Part shown: piece by piece, positions 1-11,486 of the stretch
Position numbering within the stretch: the stretch's first letter is position 1
How the letters are laid out: every line of letters starts with the position of its first letter
Source: Tubiluchus corallicola
Lineage: Eukaryota > Animalia > Priapulida
Direction: 5' to 3'
Assembly (NCBI GenBank): GCA_030141605.1
Contig: JAQGDQ010001764.1
Location: forward strand, 1 to 26,324
DNA: 26,324 nucleotides
The notes under the pieces: generated by a model
What the model was told of the DNA's origin: nothing
What the model saw: the letters and a program-made list of their open reading frames with translations, nothing else
The model's database searches: none
Translations under genes and position numbers: made by a program

Positions 1-2268
1 ACTCGCTTTACTTAAATGAAAAAATGATTATAGTTATGCATGCTTCTGTAGATAACTTAATGTAAATAAGGATGAAGTAAATGATGTAATAATTTGAGTA
101 GTGCGAGGTGAGTGTACGACCATACGGTCATTAACAAACTCACCTTACTTAAATGAAAAAATGATTATAGTTATGGATGCTTCTGTAGGTAACTTAATGT
201 AAATAAGGATGAAGTAAATGATGTAATAATTTGAGTAGTGCGAGGTGAGTGTACGACCATACGGTCATTAACAAACTCGCTTTACTTAAATGAAAAAATG
301 ATTATAGTTATGCATGTTTCTGCAGATAACTTAATGTAAATAAGGATGAACTAAATGATGTAATAATTTGAGTAGTGCGAGGTAAGTGTACGACCATACG
401 GTCATTAACACACTCACCTTACTTAGATGAAAAAATGATTATAGTTATGCATGTTTCTGCAGATAACTTAATGTAAATAAGGATGAAGTAAATGATGTAA
501 TAATTTGAGTAGTGCGAGGTAAGTGTACGACCATACGGTCATTAACACACTCACCTTACTTAAATGAAAAAATGATTATAGTTATGCATGTTTCTGCAGA
601 TAACTTAATGTAAATAAGGATGAAGTAAATGATGTAATAATTTGAGTAGTGCGAGGTGAGTGTACGACCATAAGGTCTTTAACACACTCACCTTACTTAA
701 ATGAAAAAATGATTATAGTTATGGATGCTTCTGTAGGTAACTTAATGTAAATAAGGATGAAGTAAATGATGTAATAATTTGAGTAGTGCGAGGTGAGTGT
801 ACGACCATACTACGGTCATTAACAAACTCGCTTTACTTAAATGAAAAAATGATTATAGTTATGGATGCTTCTGTAGGTAACTTAATGTAAATAAGGATGA
901 AGTAAATGATGTAATAATTTGAGTAGTGCGAGGTAAGTGTACGACCATACGGTCATTAACACACTCACCTTACTTAGATGAAAAAATGATTATAGTTATG
1001 CATGTTTCTGCAGATAACTTAATGTAAATAAGGATGAAGTAAATGATGTAATAATTTGAGTAGTGCGAGGTGAGTGTACGACCATACGGTCATTAACACA
1101 CTCACCTTACTTAAATGAAAAAATGATTATAGTTATGCATGTTTCTGCAGATAACTTAATGTAAATAAGGATGAAGTAAATGATGTAATAATTTGAGTAG
1201 TGCGAGGTGAGTGTACGACCATACGGTCATTAACACACTCACCTTACTTAAATGAAAAAATGATTATAGTTATGCATGCTTCTGTAGATAACTTAATGTA
1301 AATAAGGATGAAGTAAATGATGTAATAATTTGAGTAGTGCGAGGTGAGTGTACGACCATACGGTCATTAACACACTCACCTTACTTAAATGAAAAAATGA
1401 TTATAGTTATGCATGCTTCTGTAGATAACTTAATGTAAATAAGGATGAAGTAAATGATGTAATAATTTGAGTAGTGCGAGGTGAGTGTACGACCATACGG
1501 TCATTAACACACTCACCTTACTTAAATGAAAAAATGATTATAGTTATGCATGCTTCTGTAGATAACTTAATGTAAATAAGGATGAAGTAAATGATGTAAT
1601 AATTTGAGTAGTGCGAGGTGAGTGTACGACCATACGGTCATTAACACACTCACCTTACTTAAATGAAAAAATGATTATAGTTATGCATGCTTCTGTAGAT
1701 AACTTAATGTAAATAAGGATGAAGTAAATGATGTAATAATTTGAGTAGTGCAAGGTGAGTGTACGACCATACGGTCATTAACACACTCACCTTACTTAAA
1801 TGAAAAAATGATTATAGTTATGCATGCTTCTGTAGATAACTCAATGTAAATAAGGATGAAGTAAATGATGTAATAATTTGAGTAGTGCGAGGTGAGTGTA
1901 CGACCATACGGTCATTAACACACTCACCTTACTTAAATGAAAAAATGATTATAGTTATGCATGCTTCTGTAGATAACTTAATGTAAATAAGGATGAAGTA
2001 AATGATGTAATAATTTGAGTAGTGCGAGGTGAGTGTACGACCATACGGTCATTAACACACTCACCTTGCTTAAATGAAAAAATGATTATAGTTATGCATG
2101 CTTCTGTAGATAACTTAATGTAAATAAGGATGAAGTAAATGATGTAATAATTTGAGTAGTGTGAGGTGAATGTACGACCATACGGTCATTAACACACTCA
2201 CCTTGCTTAAATGAAAAAATGATTATAGTTATGCATGCTTCTGTAGATAACTTAATGTAAATAAGGAT
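1..2268. repeat. 137-bp tandem satellite, ~16.5 copies, truncated by the window start
   Basis: Unit start actc(gct/acc)ttacttaaatg recurs at 1, 138, 275 (period 137). Copies are near-identical, with a 3-bp duplication (catactacgg) in the copy near 810. Confidence 0.98.
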
Positions 2269-2359
2269 TGTGAAAGTTATTTATGAAGTCGAAATTGAAC
2301 ACTTGTAGAAAACAACTAAACACCAGATTACATGTTTGCCGAAAACTGAAACACTTTTA

Positions 2360-3058
2360 TTACAATAAGTACACTACATAGTTATAGGTAACATGACTGC
2401 TGCACTGAGGATCCTTGGATAAGACTATGATGGGGTAGGAAATTGCCACCATCTGTGTTAGGTGCGTCTCAATGATTCCAAGGGTTTGCCACTCTTTTAA
2501 AGAGTCTCTGTATCGTTGTTGTCGTTCTGGAGGCAACCTGTAGAAAGATCGACTATGTGCCAAGGCTTGTTGCTTAGTGAACTGTGGACGTTCGAACCCA
2601 GCCCATGGCAAAGTAGTCTCGTATCGACCATCAATGTGTTTGATGGATAAAGGAAACTCGTCCTTTTCCGTGTCAGGATGAATGTTCATGGACTCCAACT
2701 GCCACCAAGATTCACAGATATTGGCATCTGCATTCCTAGAGTACAGAGTGCGTACAAGAGGAACCAAGGAGGAATGTTGTGACAGGGAGTTAGGAACGCA
2801 ACCACTCAATGTCCAACCGAAGATGGTAGGAATCAGCATAAGATTGGAGTGGAAGATGGGAGCATTAGAGGTAAAGATGTGAGGAAGGGCATCATTACCA
2901 ACCAATACATCAATAGGCAATTGTAATTGACTGTAATCATCAGCATAATCTAAACCTTTTGGTAACGTAGTTAAGCACGACAATTCAACACCCTGAAGGG
3001 GTGAACATATGAAGGGAACAACCCAACAATTCATAAAATACCATTGATCATCATACAT
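2360..3058 (-). mobile_element. Degenerate BEL/Pao LTR-retrotransposon pol fragment (protease-to-RT linker region)
   Basis: Minus-strand translation has PIDVLVGND, LIPTIFGWTLSG, WWQLESMNI, DGRYETTLPW and YRDSLKEWQTLGIIE, in the order typical of BEL/Pao polyproteins. The expected (Y/F)LPHH motif is present in a shifted frame (DGGNFLPHHSLIQG, ~2412-2453), so the copy is frameshifted and truncated. No LTRs seen. Confidence 0.85.
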
Positions 3059-3132
3059 ACTACGCAGTTTGAACTCATATTTCTGTCTGTTAATTGAGGA
3101 AGTATTCTTCCCACCAAAAGTTTAAACTTGAA

Positions 3133-3220
3133 ACCCATCCAAGTACTAACCAGGCTCTACGTTGCTTAACTTCGGTGATCAAACGAGAACCGGTGTTTTC
3201 AACGTGATATGGCCGTAGAC
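3133..3220 (-). pseudogene. 5S rRNA pseudogene (5' ~88 nt, 3'-truncated)
   Basis: Reverse complement reads gtctacggccatatcacgttgaaaacaccggttctcgtttgatcaccgaagttaagcaacgtagagcctggttagtacttggatgggt, an invertebrate-type 5S sequence. Similarity stops after box C and the last ~30 nt are missing. Confidence 0.93.
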
Positions 3221-3419
3221 ATATCGTACATACATATATTCGTACACACATACATATAATACACACATACACACGTATGTAAGAATAGATGAATATTGAT
3301 TTCACGTCGATTTTAAAAACATACAACTACAAGTTACAATAGCTTGTCTCACTAACGAATAAATCAAACTATTCAGCTTCGGTTAGAAAGTAATTAATTT
3401 AAATAGTGAACGCTTAATA

Positions 3420-4007
3420 AAGGATAAGAAAAGGGGCACCTGAAGTTGGTTTCAGAAAAATCGCCTCAAAAAATAATATTACTTTACAGCAATTTTATGC
3501 GAATATCGTACTCGTGTTGAAAGTAATTTTCGTTTGTTTTCATTTTAAATCTCCCTTTTCGGCGGCGCCATTACATGACGTCATATACGCACCACGTAAA
3601 TCAGGGGAAGAAAAGGAAATGTTACATTATGACCCAAAAACTTTCCGTGCAAATCTATATTACTTAGCATTTCGTTTACCTGCTGGAAAGACTTATGTAA
3701 CTAGCCTCATAATTTAAAATGTTTGAGCCAATTGGTAAAATGTCGCTGACTCACCATCCAGGGTGCGCCACTCACCTGCCAAACTGCATTTTTACTCTTA
3801 TTGACAAGATACGGTAATTTAAAACTTTACATAATCAGCAACATGTATGCTACGAATGCTCTGATTATTTTTTCAATGTTACATTGTTACACTTTACTCA
3901 ATGTTATCAAAACTTGTTTCAAACGACCTACCATTGAAATAGCTGCACCTAACGGTCACTGCGGGAGTTTAAATTTACATGTTTTATACAGCGTTACAGC
4001 CGACGCA
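3420..4007 (+). repeat. Dispersed repeat, copy 1 (copy 2 at ~23515-24108, same orientation)
   Basis: Colinear matches along ~590 bp, e.g. aagaaaaggggc-cctgaag, tttgttttcattttaaatctccc, ccaattggtaaaa-gtcgctgactcacc, gctacgaatgctctgattatttttt, gcgggagtttaaatttaca. Confidence 0.9.
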
Positions 4008-4714
4008 AGCCCTGCATGCAAAAGGCAGTACGTAACTGATATTCTTGTGCTTTAAGAACAAACTGATTTAATAAAATTATGAAAAAGCTTCAACTTTAAA
4101 AATATAAGGTAAAATCTACACCATAGCACGAATAATAAGAATCATTGCAAGAACAGCATGTACAACGTACACGCTAAAGCCTAGGACACCTCAAGCGTGG
4201 GGGGGAGGGGGGCATTGCTGACTGTAAAACAGGAGACCAGGACGCCTGTAAATCTAATTTTAAATTGGCTCCTCATTTGAGATAAAAGGATCTCTGTTGG
4301 AGGCCTTTTATTTGAGACAAAGGGCCCTTGTTTGAAGCCCTTTATTTGAGATAATGGCCGCTTTTTGAAGCCATTTTTTTTAAACACTGGGCCCCCAGCT
4401 ACGCAAATGTAGCTGAAATATATTCGAGACGTGGGAGAGCAGATTAGAGGGTGACTCCATCTGACGGGACCCCATATTTTATTAGCTTAAGGGTCACAAA
4501 AGGTCATAATCGGGCCCTGTGTTGAATCAAGTAAACGAAGAGCCCATTTCGTTAATTGGATATTTAATGAGCTAATTTGCATAATTTCATCAATTAGGCA
4601 AAAATTTTACATGGAAAATTTTCATAGTGAGTTGCCACCACACTTGCTAAGATGATTGTCTCGGTAAAGAACAAAGGTCCAGTGATATATTACAAAGTTA
4701 CTAATACTGACCAT

Positions 4715-4826
4715 ATCTACGGCCATATCACGTTGAAAACATGGGTTCTCGTCTGATCACCGAAGTTAAGTAAAGTAGTACCTGGTTAGCATTGTATCGC
4801 CTAGGAATACCAGGTGAAGTAGGCTT
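4715..4826 (+). pseudogene. Degenerate near-full-length 5S rRNA copy, possibly the head of a 5S-derived SINE
   Basis: atctacggccatatcacgttgaaaacatgggttctcgtctgatcaccgaagttaag...cgcctaggaataccaggtgaagtaggctt. The box C region is partly deleted and there is no oligo-T terminator after it. Confidence 0.88.
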
Positions 4827-5870
4827 GCGGGATGCCCACACTGTATCTCGACACTAGGCGGAGGAGTTGCACAAGCAGCCAACGGCTAGAGGGTGGAGGA
4901 GGTCAAGTGATCCAACGGCCATGTGTAGAGGAGTAAACCTTCCAAATCAGGAGTGGAGCCTCGAAGGCGGACCAGTGCAGCATGCTCACTGACCCCGGCA
5001 GCTCCTGCAGCCAACCTGGTGCCAAACGTATCGCTCTGCTTTGCTTTGGGCTACACCAGGAAGGAAGAGAGGGGGTCCCTGTTGTCTGGCAACTCAGGAT
5101 CTCCATACACCTTGCCCAGGCGTGCACTCCAGTGGTTCAAGGATCGGACAGCTCAGCCACAGTCGACGCTGCAGCTCCATCAATGTGATCAATAACTGAC
5201 TCTCTTGGCGCACACTCCATTGTCTTCCGAGACAGAAGGATGCCAACCACTAATACTGAGCATTGATGCTGATGCTGATAGCCCTAGCTGTAATCCTAAT
5301 CCTAACCCAATTAGTAATCCGTTTCTCGAACTAATTTCTTGTGTGTGGAGAATTGTAAACTTTATCTGCCATAATTTTGCTTGGCAGCAATTTCGATTAT
5401 TTAACGATTGTTTTCCTATGCAATTGTAAACAATTATATATATTACGAATGAGAAATGCTTAGGTTGCTTTTGTCGTGTAAATAATTATTGTTGCCATGC
5501 TTTATTTGAGTTAATATATTATTTATGCTGTTGAGTTTTTATGAGAGGGGGTTAAAGATGAAAGGCTGGGAGAGAGAGAACGGCTATGCAGTAAAGACTT
5601 TGCTACTTGGTACAAAAACACAAACTTAAAAGTACTATAATTTATCCTTACCAAATTTTCCGCATAGTGGAATCTCCCACCGTCATTATGGCGTTTGAAA
5701 ATTTACCCCCCCCCCTAAATTTGTTTAGTTATTGTCCGATTCAAAAACCATGGAATGAGAGACTCTAGGCCTACGTTGCTTAGCTTAGTTTGTTGAAGCT
5801 GCTTTTGGAAGGTGTGTTGAATATCTGAAAAAGGAAAAAGTTGAGGGACTAGGTTGAGGACCCTGAAACA

Positions 5871-5924
5871 ATGACGTCACTGGTTGTGCTGATTTGCATC
5901 TTTTGCATAGTGAACAATTTTCAG
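5871..5924 (+). CDS. Small secreted Cys-rich peptide gene, coding exon 1 (signal peptide MTSLVVLICIFCIVNNFQ)
   Basis: aaacaATG start context, 18 codons with a hydrophobic core, strong donor cag|gtgaga, phase 0 matching the next exon. Confidence 0.75.
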
Positions 5925-6468
5925 GTGAGAATTTTACAACAGGTAACGCAAGTAGTTTTACAACAGGTAACAACAAAACAAATTTATTTTCAATGTCTGC
6001 AAGAATGAGATCTTAAAACTATTTGTGTTTAAAGGAAGACAGGATGATTTTTCATATACTCCCCAATTTTCAAATCCGATAAAAGGTCTACATTTTAATG
6101 CAATTAATACTGCAATGGCGTTTCTCAAATTAAATAATAGATTAAAATCTTAATTAACGGCGGGCGAGCCGAACTATTGATGACATCACAAACTAACATA
6201 ATTTTCAAAAGCAAAAATATTTGACGAGCGTGTTTGTGAAAGCGAGAATTAATTGTAGTACAGTGCTAAAATATTCACGTTTGCCGGTCTTAGTGCTTCG
6301 CTAAGCCGCGCGTAACTTAGAAAGTTTAACAAAATTTGAGTATCCGAGGTAATTATTATTTAATCGTAGCTTTGATTCAAAAATCCCATTGTAGTGTTCA
6401 ATATTTTTGAGCATTCTTTATTTTGAGCTAATGTCTACACAACTGTCCAGTTTTTCTTTTAAGGACCC

Positions 6469-7310
6469 GATGATTGTGTAAACACGAGTTCACAATAAAG
6501 TACGCTCTAAAATATTGAAAACTACAACAGCTTTTTTTAAATCAAAGCTTAGATTAAATAATAATTACCTCGGATACTCAACTTTCGTTAAACTTTCAAA
6601 GCTACTCGCGGCTTGGTGAATCTACTAAGATTGGCAACGGCGCTTTTTTGTCACGTGCACGTGGCCGACAAACAGAAGCCGGTACCGTGATAAGCATGAT
6701 CATGAACTGTTGTGTTAGTTTCTGACGTCATATGATGCAGAGCCCATTTTCGAGCTATCACGCGTTTAAGCAGTAACACTTACGCAAACGTGCTTGACGC
6801 GCAAGGGAAGACGCTTGACATCGCACAAACTGTGGTTAGTTTCTGACGTAAGCAATAGCTGTGTTTGGTTGCCGCTAATTAACTTTGTAAGCTAATTATT
6901 CAAATGTAAGAAACAATTGCTAACTTTTACAGGCAAGAAAATGTACATTTTGGACAGTAAAATAAAATGAGATTGAGTCTAAAGATTGAGTCCCTTGCAC
7001 GTCAAGCACATTTACGATTGGTGTCACGAAAATGGGCTCTGCATCATATGACGTCAGAAACTAACACAGCAGTTCATGATCATGGTTATCACGGTACCGC
7101 CTTCTATTTGTCGGCCACGTGCACGTGACAAAAAAGCGCCGCTGCCAATCTTAGTAGATTCACTGAGCCGCGAGTAGCTTTGAAAGTTTGACAAAGTTTG
7201 AGTATCCGAGGTAATTATTATTTAATCTAAGCTTTGATGTAAAAAAAGCTATTGTAGTTTTCAATATTTTAGAGCATTCTTTATTCTGAACTCGTGTTTA
7301 CACAATCATC
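6469..7310. mobile_element. Foldback/MITE-like long inverted repeat (arms 6469-6808 and 6991-7310), with a more diverged third partial copy at ~6150-6430
   Basis: Left arm gatgattgtgtaaacacgagttca...gtgcttgacgcgcaaggga is the reverse complement of right arm tcccttgcacgtcaagcac...tgaactcgtgtttacacaatcatc. 6283-6430 repeats part of the right arm directly (tttgagtatccgaggtaattattatttaatc). Confidence 0.9.
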
Positions 7311-7370
7311 CGCTTTTCCATTAAGTTTACATCTTCACTCAATGGTCACTATTATTATTATTATTAACAG

Positions 7371-7500
7371 ACTGCTCTGGGCTACGACGACTGCAGGGAC
7401 GACTCTGATTGTTCTCACACTGACTGCTGTCAAAACACCGTCATATACGTTCCATACAGAACAATCGGAGGGCAGATAAGAGTTGCCACGAAGCATATAA
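7371..7500 (+). CDS. Small secreted Cys-rich peptide gene, coding exon 2 (TALGYDDCRDDSDCSHTDCCQNTVIYVPYRTIGGQIRVATKHI)
   Basis: Acceptor ttaacag| and consensus donor |gtaagt. 130 nt, open in phase 0 and ending in phase 1. C-x5-C-x4-CC motif. More GC-rich than its flanks. Confidence 0.8.
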
Positions 7501-8223
7501 GTAAGTTTGAAGTTAAACATATTACATCACTGTGCGTTCAGAGTTAACTGCTGGTCAACAAGTCGACAAGAAAGTGAAAACTCTGACAGTTGCTGCGCAT
7601 TGTTGCCAGTGGGCCAGTGACGTAGTAAGTGCTTGTGGCGGAAGGGGGTGAAAAAACTTCTGGCGCCCTACCCTTTTAATGTTTTTGTCTTTTGTTGCAT
7701 TCTTGAAGCCGCAAACTGTGCTTTTTTGCGTCCCTTAACGCGACTTTCCTTTTTCGACATGATGGGGTAAAGATCATGCTGAGTTTGATTTGTGGTACTG
7801 CAGCAGAGTAACTCTTTTCTATCCATTAATTAATCGCAACACGACAGTCATTAAACATTCAGCTCCGGCATTAAAACTTGCAAAGATTATGAAAGATACA
7901 GAACACTTCAGGTTTTCACAATAATACAATCAGCATTTGGAGAAACGTCATTGTTTCTCACAAAATTATCCATCTGCTAAGCCACATGATACCCTATATA
8001 CACGGTTAAGTAACAATATTAGCCTTTTCCTAATCTGTACGTAGTAATTAAGTCGGTTAGGGTGATCTCTGACTAGGCAGTTTTATTGTAGGCTAAAAAC
8101 TTTTATTAATGTCGCATTAGTAATTAATAATTAACAGTCATTGAACTCTAGAAGAGTTCTCCCCTTCTCAAACTTGGGCCGGGAGGAGGTTGCCCATTGT
8201 CGGCCCCAGTTTGCTATAGGCAT

Positions 8224-10120
8224 TTGGTTGTTGCTGCGTGAATGCTTCGGCGTGTTACTCTAGACACTTAACCGAACTCGACATTCAACAGTAAGTTGTT
8301 GGTCTGCTGTGTCTAATGTGAACGCTTCGACGAGTTACTCTAGACACGTCTTAACCGAACTCGACACTCAACCGCAAGTTGTTGGTCTGCTGTGACTAGT
8401 GTGAACGCTTCGACGAGTTACTCTAGACACTTCTTAACCGAACTCGACACTCAACAGTAAGTTGTTGGTCTGCTGTGTCTAGTGTGAACGCTTCGGCGAG
8501 TTACTCTAGACACTTCTTAACCGAACTCGACACTCAACAGCAAGTTGTTGGTCTGCTGTGTCTAGTGTGAACGCTTCGACGAGTTACTCTAGACACTTCT
8601 TAACCGAACTCGACACTCAACAGCGTGTTGCTGGTCTGCTGTGTCTAGTGTGAACGCTTCGGCGTGTTACTCTAGACACTTCTTAACCGAACTCGACACT
8701 CAACAGTAAGTTGTTGGTCTGCTGTGTCTAATGTGAACGCTTCGGCGAGTTACTCTAGACACTTCTTAACCGAACTCGACACTCAACCGCAAGTTGTTGG
8801 TCTGCTGTGTCTAGTGTGAACGCTTCGGCAAGTTACTCTAGACACTTCTTAACCGAACTCGACACTCAACAGCAAGTTGTTGGTCTGCTGTGTCTAGCGT
8901 GAATGCTTCGGCAAGTTACTCTAGACACTTCTTAACCGAACTCGACACTCAACAGCAAGCTGTTGGTCTGCTGTGTCTAGTGTGAACGCTTCGGCGAGTT
9001 ACTCTAGACACTTCTTAACCGAACTCGACACTCAACCGAAAGTTGTTGGTCTGCTGTGACTAGTGTGAACGCTTCGGCGAGTTACTCTAGACACTTCTTA
9101 ACCGAACTCGACATTCAACAGTAAGTTGTTGGTCTGCTGTGTCTAATGTGAACGCTTCGGCGAGTTACTCTAGACACTTCTTAACCGAACTCGACACTCA
9201 ACAGCAAGTTGTTGGTCTGCTGTGTCTAGTGTGAACGCTTCGGCGAGTTATTCTAGACACTTCTTAACCGAACTCGACATTCAACAGCAAGTTGTTGGTC
9301 TGCTGTGTCTAATGTGAACGCTTCGACGAGTTACTCTAGACACTTCTTAACCGAACTCGACACTCAACAGTAAGTTGTTGGTCTGCTGTGTCTAGTGTGA
9401 ACGCTTCGACGAGTTACTCTAGACACTTCTTAACCGAACTCGACACTCAACAGCAAGTTGCTGGTCTGCTGTGTCTAGTGTGAACGCTTCGACGAGTTAC
9501 TCTAGACACTTCTTAACCGAACTCGACACTCAACAGTAAGTTGTTGGTCTGCTGTGTCTAGTGTGAACGCTTCGGCGTGTTACTTTAGACACTTCTTAAC
9601 CGAACTCGACACTCAACAGCAAGTTGTTGATCTGCTGCGTCTAGTGTGAACGCTTCGGCGAGTTACTCTAGACACTTCTTAACCGAACTCGACACTCAAC
9701 AGCAAGTTGTTGGTCTGCTGTGTCTAATGTGAACGCTTCGACGAGTTACTCTAGACACTTCTTAACCGAACTCGACACTCAACAGCAAGTTGTTGGTCTG
9801 CTGTGTCTAGTGTGAATGCTTCGGCGTGTTACTCTAGACACTTCTTAACCGTACTCGACACTCAACAGCAAGTTGTTGGTCTGCTGTGTCTAGCGTGAAT
9901 GCTTCGGCGTGTTACTCTAGACACTTAACCGAACTCGACACTCAACTGCAAGTTGTTGGTCTGCTGTGACTAGTGTGAACGCTTCGGCGTGTTACTCTAG
10001 ACACTTCTTGACCGAACTGGACACTCAACCGCAAGTTGTTGGTCTGCTGTGACTAGTGTGAACGCTTCGGCGAGTTACTCTAGACACTTCTCAACCGAAC
10101 TCGACACTCAACAGCAAGTT
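8224..10120. repeat. 83-bp tandem satellite, ~23 copies, in intron 2 of the peptide gene
   Basis: Unit gttgttggtctgctgtgtctagtgtgaacgcttcggcgagttactctagacacttcttaaccgaactcgacactcaacagcaa recurs at e.g. 8461 and 8544 (period 83). Confidence 0.98.
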
Positions 10121-10239
10121 TTACTCTCTCGTCTGAACGCGCTTTAACGAGTTACTTGACGAATTAAGTTAACGTGGTTTTATTCGCCGACCAATAGTGA
10201 ATCTTTTTAGTAATTGATGCACTGTAACGTTTAACTCAA

Positions 10240-10910
10240 GTGAATGAGAAAATGAACGAATCAATAATATAGTATGAATGAATGAATAAATGAATGAATG
10301 GACAGATGAATAAGTGAATGAATGAATGAATGAATGAATGAATGAATGAATGAATGAATGAATGAATGAATGAATGAATGAATGAATGACTGAATAGACA
10401 GCTGAATGAATGAATGAACAAATTATTAAAAGAATGAATGAACGAATGAATGAACGAATGATGAAAGAAAGAAAGAAAGAAAGAATAAATGAACAAGTGA
10501 ATGAATGAATGCATGAACGAGTGAATAAAGGAGTATGAATGAATGAATTAAGGAATGAATAAATGAGTGAAAGAATGTATGAATGAATGAATAAATAAAT
10601 AAATAAATGAATGAATGAATGAATGAATGAATGAATAAATGAATAAATAAATAAATGAATGAATGAATAAATAAATGAATGAATGAATGAATGAATGGAT
10701 GAATAAATAAATGAATGAATGAATGAATGAATGGACGGATGAATAAGTGAATGAATGAATGAATGGATAAGCGAATAGATGAATAAGTGAATGAATGAAT
10801 GAGTGAATGAATGAATGAGTGAATGAATGAATGATTGAATAAATGAACAAGTGGACGGATGAAAAAATGAATGAATGGGCGGATGAATGACCCAATGAAT
10901 GAATGAATAA
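10240..10910. repeat. Imperfect (GAAT)n/(AAAT)n microsatellite
   Basis: Direct reading. Source of the HSFI-repeat ORFs on the minus strand. Confidence 0.98.
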
Positions 10911-10982
10911 ATTAGCGAAATAGTGTATTAATAAAAGAATAAAGCGTCTTCAGTTGATTAAAGGATGTATGCATCTTTTCAG

Positions 10983-11005
10983 AGAAATGCAGGCGGTGCC
11001 CTTAA
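10983..11005 (+). CDS. Small secreted Cys-rich peptide gene, coding exon 3 (KKCRRCP-stop)
   Basis: Acceptor catcttttcag|. Phase-1 join gives a+ag aaa tgc agg cgg tgc cct taa, which supplies Cys5 and Cys6. AATAAA occurs downstream at 11394 and 11490. Confidence 0.7.
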
Positions 11006-11393
11006 CTTTGACATTTCATACGAATCCAAATTGCACTGGAGGTTACATGGATCCTGGAAACCAAGCAACTAGTAGTGGATGCACCATTGCTGGGTGGATT
11101 TGATGAAAAAATTTATGAAAAATAGAAAGAATGCTAATTTAACGTTAATTAAACATGCTGTTTACTGAGACCAGACGACATTTCGATACAATTTTCGTTG
11201 TCAATGTTCAAAATGAAGCCAAGACGAAATAATCGGTACATTTACGTTCCTGCAATTACCAAGACACAAAAAAACATTGATGTCACGTGACGTCTGCACT
11301 CAGTAAAGAGCATGTTGATTTATACAGGCTGAATCTTTCATGTATTTAATATTTTAATTGTATAAAATTTGAGGAAATTGTTTGCAATTACTG

Positions 11394-11399
11394 AATAAA
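11394..11399 (+). promoter_or_regulatory. Candidate polyadenylation signal of the peptide gene (alternative at 11490-11495)
   Basis: AATAAA ~390 nt after the stop codon. The motif is common in AT-rich DNA, so support is weak. Confidence 0.35.
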
Positions 11400-11486
11400 C
11401 CGATTTCAATTAAGAGAACATGTATTGCTGTGTTCCTATAATCAGTTAAGCAAACTTAGTTCCAACCAACAACAAGTTGCGTGACT

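Noticed and set aside
1-2268. Hammerhead-ribozyme satellite (also considered for the 83-bp array)
   Set aside because: I could not find a CUGANGA...GAAA core on either strand of the unit.
3133-4826. Functional 5S rRNA genes
   Set aside because: One copy is 3'-truncated, the other has a box C deletion and no terminator, and they are not in a tandem array.
4953-5195. RTE LINE C-terminal fragment (PRRALQW)
   Set aside because: Only one short motif. The expected downstream GKR..GRP motif is absent.
7616-8226. hAT-like element (cagtgacgtag... / ...gctataggcatt)
   Set aside because: The termini are too degenerate and no TSD was found.
8224-10120. CRISPR array (also considered for 1-2268 and 19236-20717)
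   Set aside because: Whole units repeat with no unique spacers, there are no cas genes, and the context is eukaryotic with introns.
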